DNA of 64,000 nt from Escherichia phage garuso, in the sequence record MN850566.1, one strand, 5' to 3'. The notes under the pieces are model-generated. The model was not told the origin of the DNA. It made no database searches and saw only the letters and a list, made by a program, of their open reading frames with translations. The translations under genes and the position numbers were made by a program. How positions within the stretch are numbered: the stretch's first letter is position 1; every line of letters begins with the position of its first letter. Shown here piece by piece: positions 27,225 to 36,463 of the stretch.

Positions 27225-28790
27225 TATCAAATCCCTTATACAACCCTTTCCCTTTCCTTTCCAGAATCTTATCAGACCTTAAAAAGCAATAACTCTATAG
27301 TCTACTCTATAGCCTTTTATCAAATCAACTTAAATATAAGCCCATAACCCGAAAGGGAAGGGCAACCGTTTAAACGCTCTATAAAGCTCTATAACAGCCT
27401 TATCAACCTAACTTAAGGGATTGCATTAACTCACCCTAAAAAGCCCTTTATAAAGCTTCCCAGAGACTTAAAAGAATCTTATAAGGGTGTAAGCTTTATC
27501 ATCTCGTTAGCTATCTTGTGAACTACTAAACAAGCCCCTTGATAGTAACTGAAAAGTATGTTATAGGGGCTTTAAAGTTACTTTGAAGTAGCTTAAAAGT
27601 TACGTAAATGCTAGCCCCCTTAACATTTTCTTAACAATTTCTTAACAATCCCTACATAGTTATGCTTTTAAGACACTTGTTAGCAACTTGTTAGCCCCTT
27701 GTTAAATCTCTGTTAAGACCACGTAAAAGCCTTGTAAGAACCTTTGACATAGCCTTAAAAGCTCCTGTAAAGCCCTATAAAGAGCTATCTGTACAGTTGG
27801 GGGGTAAATACTAGGAAGAGACTTAAAAGGGGTTATACAGAGCTATACAGAGCTTTTAAGAGGTATGTTTAAAGAATCACTAAGAAAGGAAAGGGAACGA
27901 TAAGAAAAGAGTAGTGACCATGTTAATAGCTTGTTAAAAAGATTAAACACTTGTTAGAGACTTGTTAATTATCTTAACAAAATAACTCTTAACATTTAAC
28001 TACTTAGCTCTTGTTAGTCATCTGTTAAGATTCTGTAAAGCCTATTCAGCACTTGTTAAGAAACTGTTACACCCTTGTTAGTTCTGTTAAGAAACTGTTA
28101 AGACCTTTGAAGAGTTGTTAAGAAGATGTGAGAACTGTTAAGAGATTGTTAAGGATATTTTAAAATTTTGCAAAGTACTTGTAAGGGAGCTGTTAAGGGC
28201 TACCAAGCAGATATACATCCTAGACAGATATTTTTCAGTTCCTTCAAAGACCCTAAAAAATGACTTGATAGTCCTATTTTATAAAAATTTTAAAATTCTG
28301 AATAATTACCTATACAGTCTTTTAAAAATACAGGTAGAAACAGGCTTATAAGATACCTTGTTAGTACCGTGTTAGACCTTGTGAGATAAGGTCTGTAAAG
28401 ATATTCCTGTTAAGTTTGTTAAAACAGTCTATATAGAGGCTTAGTAATACCTAGTGAACACCTATAGAGGGTATCATAGCTAACCTAGAGATTAAGAGGT
28501 GTATAGGAGCTTCTAAGAGGGTATAGAGAGATGGTTAAGGTGATTGTATAGGTTGTTTAGAAGGCTTGTTAGAAGAGTGTTTAGAAGGGCTATACAGAGG
28601 GGCTATTAAGACCACTAGATAGTTACTAAGATACTATATAGTACTATATAACTATATAGAGAGTAAGATTAAGAAGGTTGTTAAGAAGGATGTTAAGAAG
28701 GATAGATATTTTATTCACATATGATGGTGACCCAGAGGTTGGGACAACCGATGAAATTTTATAAAAATTAAAAAGCCCCCAACTAAGGAG
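27225..28790. repeat. 1.6-kb ORF-free, repeat-dense region at a convergent junction
   Basis: No ORF of 60 aa or more on either strand; dozens of irregularly spaced copies of (C/T)TGTTA(A/G)(G/A) (CTTGTTAG, CTGTTAAG, GTTGTTAAGAAG), densest at 27650-28200 and 28350-28720, plus CTATATAG/ACTATATA clusters at 28620-28660. Confidence 0.6.
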
Positions 28791-28800
28791 GCTCTTAAGA
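28770..28800 (-). terminator. Intrinsic terminator ending the minus-strand block
   Basis: Minus-strand reading gives GAGCCTCC-TTAGTTG-GGGGCT hairpin followed by a T-rich run. Confidence 0.45.
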
Positions 28801-28804
28801 TATT

Positions 28805-29398
28805 TTAAATCAGTGTTTCCAGAACTGTCTTCAGTGATGACTTGGTTGTCTGATAAAAATGAGTAAATCCATTGTTGTTATCAAACACCTGCATCATGAT
28901 ATCATCTCCCTTGATTGGGTATACTCGGATATCATAGTGGAACCCATTAAAGACAGCAGAACCATTACAGAATGCACTAAAGTCATCCACTGAGATATAC
29001 TCTTCATGACCTGTGATTTTTATGCAAACACCTTTACTCGGTCTCTTAGGGTTGATATCCTCCATCACAGACATACTCTGTCCACCAAGAGATATCATAG
29101 TGACCACTTTACGGTTCTTCTGTCTAAAGTACATCTTAACTTTCTGTAAAGTGTCTTCATAGAACGGATAAGACTTCTCTACAAAGATGCCTTCTAATGG
29201 CTCTTTGCCGTTTACAATACCTCTGGTATGACGTACTGAGAAGATAAGTTGCTCTAGTATGTCAAGGCTTTCTTCGGAGAGTGCTTCCCGAATATCATTC
29301 CAGTCAAGGACTAGGTAGTTGCCTTCAACTTCTTTTAAGTTATCTTTTTTCATATCTATCACACCATTATCGTAAAACTTGGTAATCTGGGGCTGCAA
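28805..29398 (-). CDS. Hypothetical protein (197 aa)
   Basis: Track ORF; last gene of the minus-strand block, followed by a minus-strand hairpin plus T-run. Confidence 0.5.
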   Translation of the reverse strand: MQPQITKFYDNGVIDMKKDNLKEVEGNYLVLDWNDIREALSEESLDILEQLIFSVRHTRGIVNGKEPLEGIFVEKSYPFYEDTLQKVKMYFRQKNRKVVTMISLGGQSMSVMEDINPKRPSKGVCIKITGHEEYISVDDFSAFCNGSAVFNGFHYDIRVYPIKGDDIMMQVFDNNNGFTHFYQTTKSSLKTVLETLI

Positions 29399-29831
29399 AC
29401 TTGTTGTCTTTGTTTTTAATGAGGTCTTCTTTTGTTACAAAGAATGTAAGCCCACATAAGTGTGTATAGTGGCTACCATACTCAAATACTTTAAGTAAGT
29501 ATTCGCCATCATCATAAACATGCTCTACTACACCTTTTGCAACAATCTTCCCAGTCTTGAAGTCTTTAAGAGGGTATACGTTACCAACTTTAGGGACTGT
29601 TTTCATCTCAGGTTCTTTTAGTTTCTCACCAACTTCTACATCACCTAGTAAGTGAGAACTTTCAAAAGCTACATATTGCATATAAGCTTCTGAGCATTCC
29701 CAGATAAAGCAATGTACAAGAGCCTTAGCAGCATGTCTTGAACAATTCAACTTATCACAAATCTCTTTGTACATTTCATCTTTAGTTGAGTTGTCAAGCA
29801 TTGCTTTTTGAACAACTTCTTTAATTTTCAT
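29367..29831 (-). CDS. Hypothetical Cys-containing protein (154 aa)
   Basis: Track ORF, minus strand. Confidence 0.45.
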   Translation of the reverse strand: MKIKEVVQKAMLDNSTKDEMYKEICDKLNCSRHAAKALVHCFIWECSEAYMQYVAFESSHLLGDVEVGEKLKEPEMKTVPKVGNVYPLKDFKTGKIVAKGVVEHVYDDGEYLLKVFEYGSHYTHLCGLTFFVTKEDLIKNKDNKFAAPDYQVLR

Positions 29832-29884
29832 TTCGCTACCTTCTAAGTTTCTACAAAGGGGCTATCAAGTAGCCCCTCAAGTTA

Positions 29885-30109
29885 CTACTCAGACTTTTCA
29901 GTCTTCTTATCGGATTTCTTACTAGTCTTCTTCTCAGCTTTCTGTTCAGGTTCCTTCTCAGAAGTTGCCTTGATAACCATATCAAGAAGCTCTGATAAAT
30001 CACTCTTCAGCAAAGTAACAGGCTGCTCGTTGTAGAAGTTTTTGTCAAGATAAATTTTGAACTCTTCAATAGATGGAAATCCAAAAATTGGTACAGGTGT
30101 CTTAATCAT
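29885..30109 (-). CDS. Hypothetical protein with Lys/Glu-rich tail (74 aa)
   Basis: Track ORF, minus strand. Confidence 0.4.
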   Translation of the reverse strand: MIKTPVPIFGFPSIEEFKIYLDKNFYNEQPVTLLKSDLSELLDMVIKATSEKEPEQKAEKKTSKKSDKKTEKSE

Positions 30110-30185
30110 TACTTAGTCTCTCCATAGGCATCTTTTAAGATTGCCTTGTTAATCATTTCAGCGATTGCAAAACGAACACATACAG

Positions 30186-30719
30186 CTATAATTGTAGGTT
30201 GCATTCTTTACTTACCTCTTCAAGTTTAACCTCAGAGTCCTTAAGTCGTTTCTTATGAACTCTGAACCTTATTAGTGAGACGATAATACCAGCTAAAGGA
30301 ACAGCATACAAGTACCAGATATCATGTATCTTTGTAGTAATCTGTGTAATGGTCAAATCTTGAGCTATGCAGCTAATTGCTGATACTGCCAGTAGCATTG
30401 CTAAGAAGAACGCCAGTACCATAACAATACTTAGGCAACCTCTGGCATGGTGTTCATGCTTAATACACTTATTCTTTTCGTCAACAACTCTGTTGTAGTC
30501 ATTTGCAAAGTCTCTGTAGAAAGCTTTCAGGTATTCTTGAGTGTAGCCTTCAAAGCAACCTGTACCATACCAATAATCACCACCAAAATGTGCTATGATA
30601 CCAACCTCTCCATTTGGTTTCGTCACTCTTAAAGAAGTATGATGGCAAGTATCCTGAAAATCTATCTTGTATCTTTCTTCGTAAATCATTTTCCAACCCC
30701 TCTCAATCGTTTGTTCCAC
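30186..30719 (-). CDS. Membrane protein (177 aa)
   Basis: Track ORF with two hydrophobic helices. Confidence 0.45.
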   Translation of the reverse strand: MEQTIERGWKMIYEERYKIDFQDTCHHTSLRVTKPNGEVGIIAHFGGDYWYGTGCFEGYTQEYLKAFYRDFANDYNRVVDEKNKCIKHEHHARGCLSIVMVLAFFLAMLLAVSAISCIAQDLTITQITTKIHDIWYLYAVPLAGIIVSLIRFRVHKKRLKDSEVKLEEVSKECNLQL

Positions 30720-30904
30720 TCAAGGTCAACAAGTCTTTGCAGGACTTTCCCTCTAGGTGTTACGCCTTTTAAATCTGCATCATAGCAACGGTAAAAGTCA
30801 CCTTCAGCGTGCTTACCATAGCATTTTCTGATATTCTGGCTTCTACGATACTGTTCTAACAGGGAAAGTTTGTAGTAATCTTCAACTGTAGTTAACTTTT
30901 TCAT
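30686..30904 (-). CDS. Hypothetical protein (72 aa)
   Basis: Track ORF, minus strand. Confidence 0.35.
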   Translation of the reverse strand: MKKLTTVEDYYKLSLLEQYRRSQNIRKCYGKHAEGDFYRCYDADLKGVTPRGKVLQRLVDLEWNKRLRGVGK

Positions 30905-30987
30905 TCTTTTACCATGTCTCTTATCTAGAAACTAAAAAGGGAACTACCTCTCGATAGCTCCCATCATAATCAGTTTTGTATACTCGG

Positions 30988-31569
30988 TCAAGAGTATTTT
31001 TTAGGCAGTAATGCACTGCGCTTGTTACTCTCTTCACTCAATAGTGCGATAAAATCATCACTTTTACCTTTCCACGGGCTGAATGAAGGGATATGTTCAC
31101 GGATAGCCTCGATAACCGTCTTAAGTGCTGTGTTCTTCATCCACCAATCAGAATCTGCTGATGCTATCACGTAGTATCCACCGTCATCAGTTAAAATTGG
31201 CTCTGAAATACATGGTGAAATCAAAGTGGTGATGATTGAACCATTGTTCATGTAATATGTGCGCTTAATAACCTTTTCAAGAAGCTTGTGAAGGTCACCA
31301 AACAGTGTTACAAGTTCTTTGTGGTCGATGTCTTTTTCTAGGTTTGCTCGGTACTTCAATAGTGCAGCGTCAACCTCTCTGTCATTAAACTTGAAATATT
31401 GAACTTCATCAACAAGGCAAACACTGATGTTGTTAACATTCATAGTCAGCTTGCAAACTTTTGCAGGAGAGTTGATGCTTGGTTGAAAAAGTGCAACACA
31501 CCCTTCAATATTTCCAAAGTGTTGTACAAGTGTTACTTGTGGAATGATATCCTGTTGCTCTTCGGACAT
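30988..31569 (-). CDS. Hypothetical protein (193 aa)
   Basis: Track ORF, minus strand. Confidence 0.5.
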   Translation of the reverse strand: MSEEQQDIIPQVTLVQHFGNIEGCVALFQPSINSPAKVCKLTMNVNNISVCLVDEVQYFKFNDREVDAALLKYRANLEKDIDHKELVTLFGDLHKLLEKVIKRTYYMNNGSIITTLISPCISEPILTDDGGYYVIASADSDWWMKNTALKTVIEAIREHIPSFSPWKGKSDDFIALLSEESNKRSALLPKKYS

Positions 31570-31913
31570 TACAGTTTCCTCATTAAATACTTTTTAAGTT
31601 GTGTGTTAGGTTTCTCAAAAACTTCTATAGAAGATATCTTGACAGCTTCACCACGCATACCTGTATGTTTGAATATATAATACTCTAACATCCCTATGTA
31701 CTTTGCTGGTAAGTCATGTTTGACATACACCGTCACAGAATCTTCAAATTCAACGACCTTTGTACCATCTTTGTAGTTAAACTCTTTAGGATGGTTGTAG
31801 TTGTCTATGTCATACATTAAAAAGAGTCTTTTACGTTGTAAGTCAAGCTTATTTGTTAAAGACTCTTTGATATCTGAGAAGTTTTTGTACACTGTGACAT
31901 GGAGCTTACTCAT
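31569..31913 (-). CDS. Hypothetical protein (114 aa)
   Basis: Track ORF, minus strand. Confidence 0.45.
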   Translation of the reverse strand: MSKLHVTVYKNFSDIKESLTNKLDLQRKRLFLMYDIDNYNHPKEFNYKDGTKVVEFEDSVTVYVKHDLPAKYIGMLEYYIFKHTGMRGEAVKISSIEVFEKPNTQLKKYLMRKL

Positions 31914-32199
31914 CGTTAAACTCTCTGACGAAGAAATAGTTGACTTTGTTATTACCTACCATAAGGTCAAAGCAGGTATTCTCAAAAGGTTTGTTGTAGG
32001 CATCATATGAAACATATGGGTCAGCTACTTGCTTAGTGCTTAACTTCTTACTTGATGGGTTTAAGAGGCCACCATACAGCTTCTTGATAGACTCTTCTAC
32101 AACAGACCAGATGATTTCGTCAGTAATTTCTTCGTACAGGTCAAGTTCACGCTCTAGTGAGAAGTCACAAATAGGGAAAATAACCTGTACTTTACTCAT
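31906..32199 (-). CDS. Hypothetical protein (97 aa)
   Basis: Track ORF, minus strand. Confidence 0.45.
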   Translation of the reverse strand: MSKVQVIFPICDFSLERELDLYEEITDEIIWSVVEESIKKLYGGLLNPSSKKLSTKQVADPYVSYDAYNKPFENTCFDLMVGNNKVNYFFVREFNDE

Positions 32200-32594
32200 T
32201 AGCGAATGACCTGTGTTACCTGAATAGCTTCAGTTACTGACAAATCACCAACCGTTTCTTCTTTGACGAAGGTGAAGGTAAGTTCAACAGGCTCTTGTTC
32301 TTCCTGCTCAACCGGAATACCGTTAAGCTCATCAAAGATTGATTGAGTTGTCCAGTCTTCTCCACCATCTGGGTAGTGGATTGCGTAAAGTGGAAACTCT
32401 AAATTATACCAAGCAAAAACAGGGCAACCATCTGCATCATCTCGACATCTGTGGAGACATGTGTTTGTACCTTCAAAATGCAAATGGAGATTACCATTCT
32501 TCTCAAATAGAAGAGCATCTTGCAGGTCTAGTTCCTCATTTTCGCTGTAACGGCTGACATCAACCTTAACATGGATATGACTGTTATTATTCAT
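32199..32594 (-). CDS. Hypothetical acidic protein (131 aa)
   Basis: Track ORF, minus strand. Confidence 0.45.
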   Translation of the reverse strand: MNNNSHIHVKVDVSRYSENEELDLQDALLFEKNGNLHLHFEGTNTCLHRCRDDADGCPVFAWYNLEFPLYAIHYPDGGEDWTTQSIFDELNGIPVEQEEQEPVELTFTFVKEETVGDLSVTEAIQVTQVIR

Positions 32595-32985
32595 AAAAAC
32601 CTCTCTCTGCTTGTTCGATTTTTGCTCTTAAAATTTCGCAATGTTGTAAATGGTAGTTAGCTTCTTGTTCATGTGTTGCTAACTGCCTTTCAAGAACAGT
32701 TTTATAATAACCTGCAAGTTGCTCTTTTGTCAACGGGTGTTCTGAAATAATATCGAGTCCACTTTCGCCAAGAGGGTTGAATTGTCCATGCTCATTGACA
32801 TTGTAAGTCTCAAACTTGAACAGGCCATTGTTCACAGACTCAATAGGTGACAGTTCAACAAGCTCTACAGTAAACCGTGTATATACCTTGTCACCTCTTG
32901 AAACCACATTGTTCCCGACAATGCGTACAAGCGAGCCATTACGAGTGTACTTAAAAGTTCCAAAGTCGCTAGCCCAAAGCTTCAT
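32587..32985 (-). CDS. Hypothetical protein (132 aa)
   Basis: Track ORF, minus strand. Confidence 0.45.
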   Translation of the reverse strand: MKLWASDFGTFKYTRNGSLVRIVGNNVVSRGDKVYTRFTVELVELSPIESVNNGLFKFETYNVNEHGQFNPLGESGLDIISEHPLTKEQLAGYYKTVLERQLATHEQEANYHLQHCEILRAKIEQAERGFYE

Positions 32986-33003
32986 AGTTTTCTCCTTAGA
33001 AAA

Positions 33004-33030
33004 TAAAAAAGGCTCCCGAAGGAGCCTATG
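33004..33030 (-). terminator. Intrinsic terminator downstream of the endolysin gene
   Basis: Minus-strand reading gives GGCTCC-TTCG-GGAGCC followed by TTTTTTTATTTT. Confidence 0.6.
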
Positions 33031-33036
33031 AAGATA

Positions 33037-33501
33037 TTACTTTGGATATACACTGTCAAGATAAATGTCAGCTTCCATTCTACGTCTGTTTTTCAGGCCG
33101 TTTGAAGTGACCTTCTTACCTTTCACTGTAACCTTGTTCCACCACTGCATAGCTTCTGCACAACCTACCTTATTACCAGCATTGTGGCGCTTGATAAATG
33201 TAGAATCCTGCATAGCTGTGATGCCGATGTTGTATGTTTCACTTACAAGTGCATCAAACTCGTTCTGAGAAGTTGGAACCTTGATGGCTTTGTTCACTGC
33301 TGCAACGAACTTTTCAACATCTGCAAGAAGATACTGTTCAGCTTGTTCAGCGGTAATCTTCATACCCATCTTAACAGGCTTCCCACCAATACGAATTGTC
33401 CCATACCCGATTGTAGGGATTCCGGCAGAGTCTTCGTAAGCCTCTAACTTCAGACCTTCGAAGAACTTAATAGCATCTAAACCTTTTCTTGAGAGTTGCA
33501 T
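33037..33501 (-). CDS. Endolysin, T4-lysozyme-like (glycoside hydrolase family 24)
   Basis: 154-aa ORF with the phage-lysozyme N-terminal signature (…FFEGLKLEAYEDSAGIPTIGYGT…); minus-strand terminator hairpin plus T-run immediately after its 3' end. Confidence 0.8.
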   Translation of the reverse strand: MQLSRKGLDAIKFFEGLKLEAYEDSAGIPTIGYGTIRIGGKPVKMGMKITAEQAEQYLLADVEKFVAAVNKAIKVPTSQNEFDALVSETYNIGITAMQDSTFIKRHNAGNKVGCAEAMQWWNKVTVKGKKVTSNGLKNRRRMEADIYLDSVYPK

Positions 33502-34385
33502 TATGCCTCCCCTGCTGGATTAACTGTAACTGTTGCTGCATTAGATGTTACAGAGCCACCTGCGCCAGTAACTACACAGGTGTAGCTTCCTGAATCAGCA
33601 GCGGTTGCACCTTCTTTGGTGTAGGTTGCAGTAGTTGCATCGAGGATGTCTTCCTCATCTTTCTTCCACTGATAACCTGTTGCACCTGTTGCCACAACAT
33701 TCAACGTTAAGGTCTCACCTTCATTGATTTCTTGATTGGTTGGCTGTTGAGTGATGACAGGAAGTGCATTCACAGTCACTGTTGCTGCATCTGAGGTAAC
33801 ACTTGTTCCACCCTCTCCAGATACAACACAAGTGTATGAACCAGCATCAGAAGGTGCTACTGACTGTTTTGTGTAAGTTGCAGAATTGGCACTAGGGATG
33901 TCCTCACCATCCTTCTTCCACTGATATCCAGTGGCGTTAGTTGCTAGAATGCTTAGAGTAAGTGTGCCACCCTCATTGACTGTTTGACCTGTCGGTTGCT
34001 GAGTAATTGCTGGTGGCTTAATAGCATCCTTCAACTTAGCATTCAACATTGAGAACGGCTTAACTCTTGCCAACCATTCACAGTAAATTGTGTCAACATC
34101 TTTACCATTGATGATTGCATACTGCAAATCCATGAAGAAATCAGCAGTTCTCATCTGTGCACCAACACTGTAAAGCAATTCATCACTAAATGGAACTTTG
34201 TAGTCTGGTTTGTAGTCAAACTTCTCAACTTCTGCAATATCAGCTTCAGGCCAATATGAACTATAGGTAAGTGGTAAAATAGCCTCTTGATATGTTCTAA
34301 AATCATACCTCTTACCAGCCTTTACATTTGCAATGAAACCCTTCACAAACTCTTTGAAGTCTGGGTAAGTCTTTGCTTTAATCAT
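33501..34385 (-). CDS. Protein with two tandem Ig-like domains
   Basis: Two ~95-aa internal repeats (ITQQPT…NEG.TLTL…ATGYQWKKD.EDI…ATYTK…GSYTCVV.G.GG…SDAATVTVN); N-terminal domain is paralogous to the downstream 123-aa ORF. Confidence 0.55.
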   Translation of the reverse strand: MIKAKTYPDFKEFVKGFIANVKAGKRYDFRTYQEAILPLTYSSYWPEADIAEVEKFDYKPDYKVPFSDELLYSVGAQMRTADFFMDLQYAIINGKDVDTIYCEWLARVKPFSMLNAKLKDAIKPPAITQQPTGQTVNEGGTLTLSILATNATGYQWKKDGEDIPSANSATYTKQSVAPSDAGSYTCVVSGEGGTSVTSDAATVTVNALPVITQQPTNQEINEGETLTLNVVATGATGYQWKKDEEDILDATTATYTKEGATAADSGSYTCVVTGAGGSVTSNAATVTVNPAGEA

Positions 34386-34753
34386 TTCTTTTTAGCCTCT
34401 AAATGTGCGTTTAGTCTAAAATAACCTTTGTGATGCGGAGATACATCACCAACAACAATACCTTTAACCTTATAGCCTTTACCAATTACATACTGGATAT
34501 CCATAAGGAATCTTCCAAGTCCAACAATATGGAACATTGGATATAATAGGTTCTCAGAATCTGGAATATTGATTTCAGGTTTGTAGGTACGCTGTTCGAT
34601 TGTTGGTGTAATATCTTCTTCAGGCCATTTGCTGAGTCTCCATGTCAAAGGTGTTGGGATAACATCATTAAGGTTGTACCTTTCACCATTTTGCACGGAA
34701 TTGATATAGGATTGTAGGAAGCAATAAAAGTCTTTTGCACTCTTAGCTTTCAT
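34382..34753 (-). CDS. Hypothetical protein, paralogue of the N-terminal domain of the Ig-like protein
   Basis: Shared motifs with 33501..34385 (AK..DF..F…I..V..G.RY, WPE.DI, YKP….P.S..LLY, F.MD.QY.I). Confidence 0.5.
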   Translation of the reverse strand: MKAKSAKDFYCFLQSYINSVQNGERYNLNDVIPTPLTWRLSKWPEEDITPTIEQRTYKPEINIPDSENLLYPMFHIVGLGRFLMDIQYVIGKGYKVKGIVVGDVSPHHKGYFRLNAHLEAKKK

Positions 34754-34800
34754 TAAATATCCTTATAAATAGTTAAAGGGGCATCAGCCCCTATTCACAC

Positions 34801-35391
34801 TTAAGCTTTGGTCTTAAGTAGGTTCTTAAGTTTTTTAAGATTCATACTCTCATCAAACTTAAAACCAAATCCATTGACATAATCAATGAACTCGGATTTC
34901 TTACTGAGTGACAATGCGTAGCTCATATCAAAGTTCTTACTTGTTTCTGCGTCTGGGCTAGAGTTTACATCAAATGAAATTTCTGTAGGCTCTTGCTTAC
35001 TTTTTCTCATATTATCAATCAACAAACATGTATAGTTTGCTGGATAGAAGTTTACACTACCATCAACGTAGCTGTACTTATTATTATGGATAAGGTTGGA
35101 AAATACCTTAAGGAATGTTTCTGAGTCGTGGCAAACAAGTTTGAATTGGCTGCTCTCTCCAAGCGCAACTAATGAGTACGGACTTTCACTATCAAAGTCA
35201 TAATTTAGATTCGATGCCGTCACTGTTACACGCATCAAGTTATTAGCAATAGTCTTCTGTTTAAAAGAATTTTGAACATAGTGAAGACCTCTATCACACT
35301 GATTGACTAGCTCTTTAAGCAGGTCATTTGCATATGGCGAATTAATTGATACAGAGCCATCACTATTGTAATTAAAACTTACTGTTAACAT
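34801..35391 (-). CDS. Hypothetical protein (196 aa)
   Basis: Track ORF, minus strand. Confidence 0.5.
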   Translation of the reverse strand: MLTVSFNYNSDGSVSINSPYANDLLKELVNQCDRGLHYVQNSFKQKTIANNLMRVTVTASNLNYDFDSESPYSLVALGESSQFKLVCHDSETFLKVFSNLIHNNKYSYVDGSVNFYPANYTCLLIDNMRKSKQEPTEISFDVNSSPDAETSKNFDMSYALSLSKKSEFIDYVNGFGFKFDESMNLKKLKNLLKTKA

Positions 35392-35618
35392 TTTTCAGTT
35401 CTCCTGCGATTTATAATTTTGCTGCAATAGAGAAACGAAGTAAACTCACTGGAAGAAACCACTAAGTGTTGTTCACTAGATTGAGCCATTGCCCTGAAAT
35501 ACATTCCAGTCAAAGCATCATAGTGACTATTCTTTCCAATTGAGGTTATATAGCCATGACTCTTTGCAGTTTGATATAAATCTATAATATCTGCGATTTC
35601 TAATTGGGAACTACACAT
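35385..35618 (-). CDS. Hypothetical protein (77 aa)
   Basis: Track ORF, minus strand. Confidence 0.4.
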   Translation of the reverse strand: MCSSQLEIADIIDLYQTAKSHGYITSIGKNSHYDALTGMYFRAMAQSSEQHLVVSSSEFTSFLYCSKIINRRRTEKC

Positions 35619-35782
35619 AGATAATCCTCTTGTCTTCTGTAATTTTGAAAGAACAGGTACAGACCAATTTCAGAGGATGAATAGTAGATTAATTCTACCC
35701 TTTTTGATTCCTTACAGTGATTGGTATTCTTACCTTTCTTCGGTTTATTTGATTTTCTCATTAAGTCTCCTTTGTAGAACAA
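35600..35782 (-). CDS. Small basic protein (60 aa)
   Basis: Track ORF at the 5' end of the minus-strand block; at the length cut-off. Confidence 0.3.
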   Translation of the reverse strand: MFYKGDLMRKSNKPKKGKNTNHCKESKRVELIYYSSSEIGLYLFFQNYRRQEDYLCVVPN

Positions 35783-36010
35783 GGCAGACCTACAGCTTTA
35801 AGTAAGATGGTACAGTAATCCATACAACAAGTCAAGAACTATTGCAAGTTAAAAAAGTTGTTGACAAAGTACTTGACAAGGTGTAGGCTTATAAATACTT
35901 AGAAGATAACTTAAAAGGTTCCTCTAAAAAGGCTATTTAAACAGATATCTTTCTGGATATCTATCTTTTATCTTAAAAGCCTTTTAAGAGGTCTTATAAG
36001 AGGCATACCA
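35783..36010. promoter_or_regulatory. Divergent intergenic region
   Basis: 228-nt gap between the 5' ends of the minus-strand block and the + strand block; contains two overlapping TTGACA hexamers on the + strand. Confidence 0.35.
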
Positions 36011-36382
36011 ATGAAAAACAGAACAAACAAAGGCCAGTTTAAAAAAGGCCAATCTGGAAACCCATCTGGAAGACCAAAAGGCTCTCGTAACAAAAGCTCA
36101 CTTGTAAAAGCTCAACTGACCATTGATAATTCTGCTGAGTTTGCTGCAAAACTGTTTGAGGCGATTGTTACAAGGGACGCTGCTAAGCTTGCAGAGTTCG
36201 GGTTAAACACAGACGACGTAACCATCAAGAGTATGATTGAGGTCGGTAAAACCATCTTTACTCACTCAGCAGGTGAGATGAAAGCACTTGCAGCAGATAC
36301 TAAGAAAACCCCTGATAATGGTGGTCAGCCACAGACAGATAACAAACCAACGTTCTCTGCTGTAGCGACTCTCAAAAAATAA
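36011..36382 (+). CDS. Hypothetical protein with GNPSGRPKG motif (123 aa)
   Basis: Track ORF; first + strand gene after the divergent region; Gly/Pro/basic N-terminal motif. Confidence 0.5.
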   Translation: MKNRTNKGQFKKGQSGNPSGRPKGSRNKSSLVKAQLTIDNSAEFAAKLFEAIVTRDAAKLAEFGLNTDDVTIKSMIEVGKTIFTHSAGEMKALAADTKKTPDNGGQPQTDNKPTFSAVATLKK

Positions 36383-36463
36383 TTTTAAAAGGTGTTGACA
36401 GACTCTACAAAGTTGCTCTAAAGTCTGTCACATCAAACAACAAATGAGAGAAGAGAGTAAAAT

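Noticed and set aside
27600-28700. Possible CRISPR array in the repeat-dense region
   Set aside because: Repeat units are only about 8-10 nt, irregularly spaced and degenerate, not 28-37-nt repeats with unique spacers, and no cas genes are nearby.
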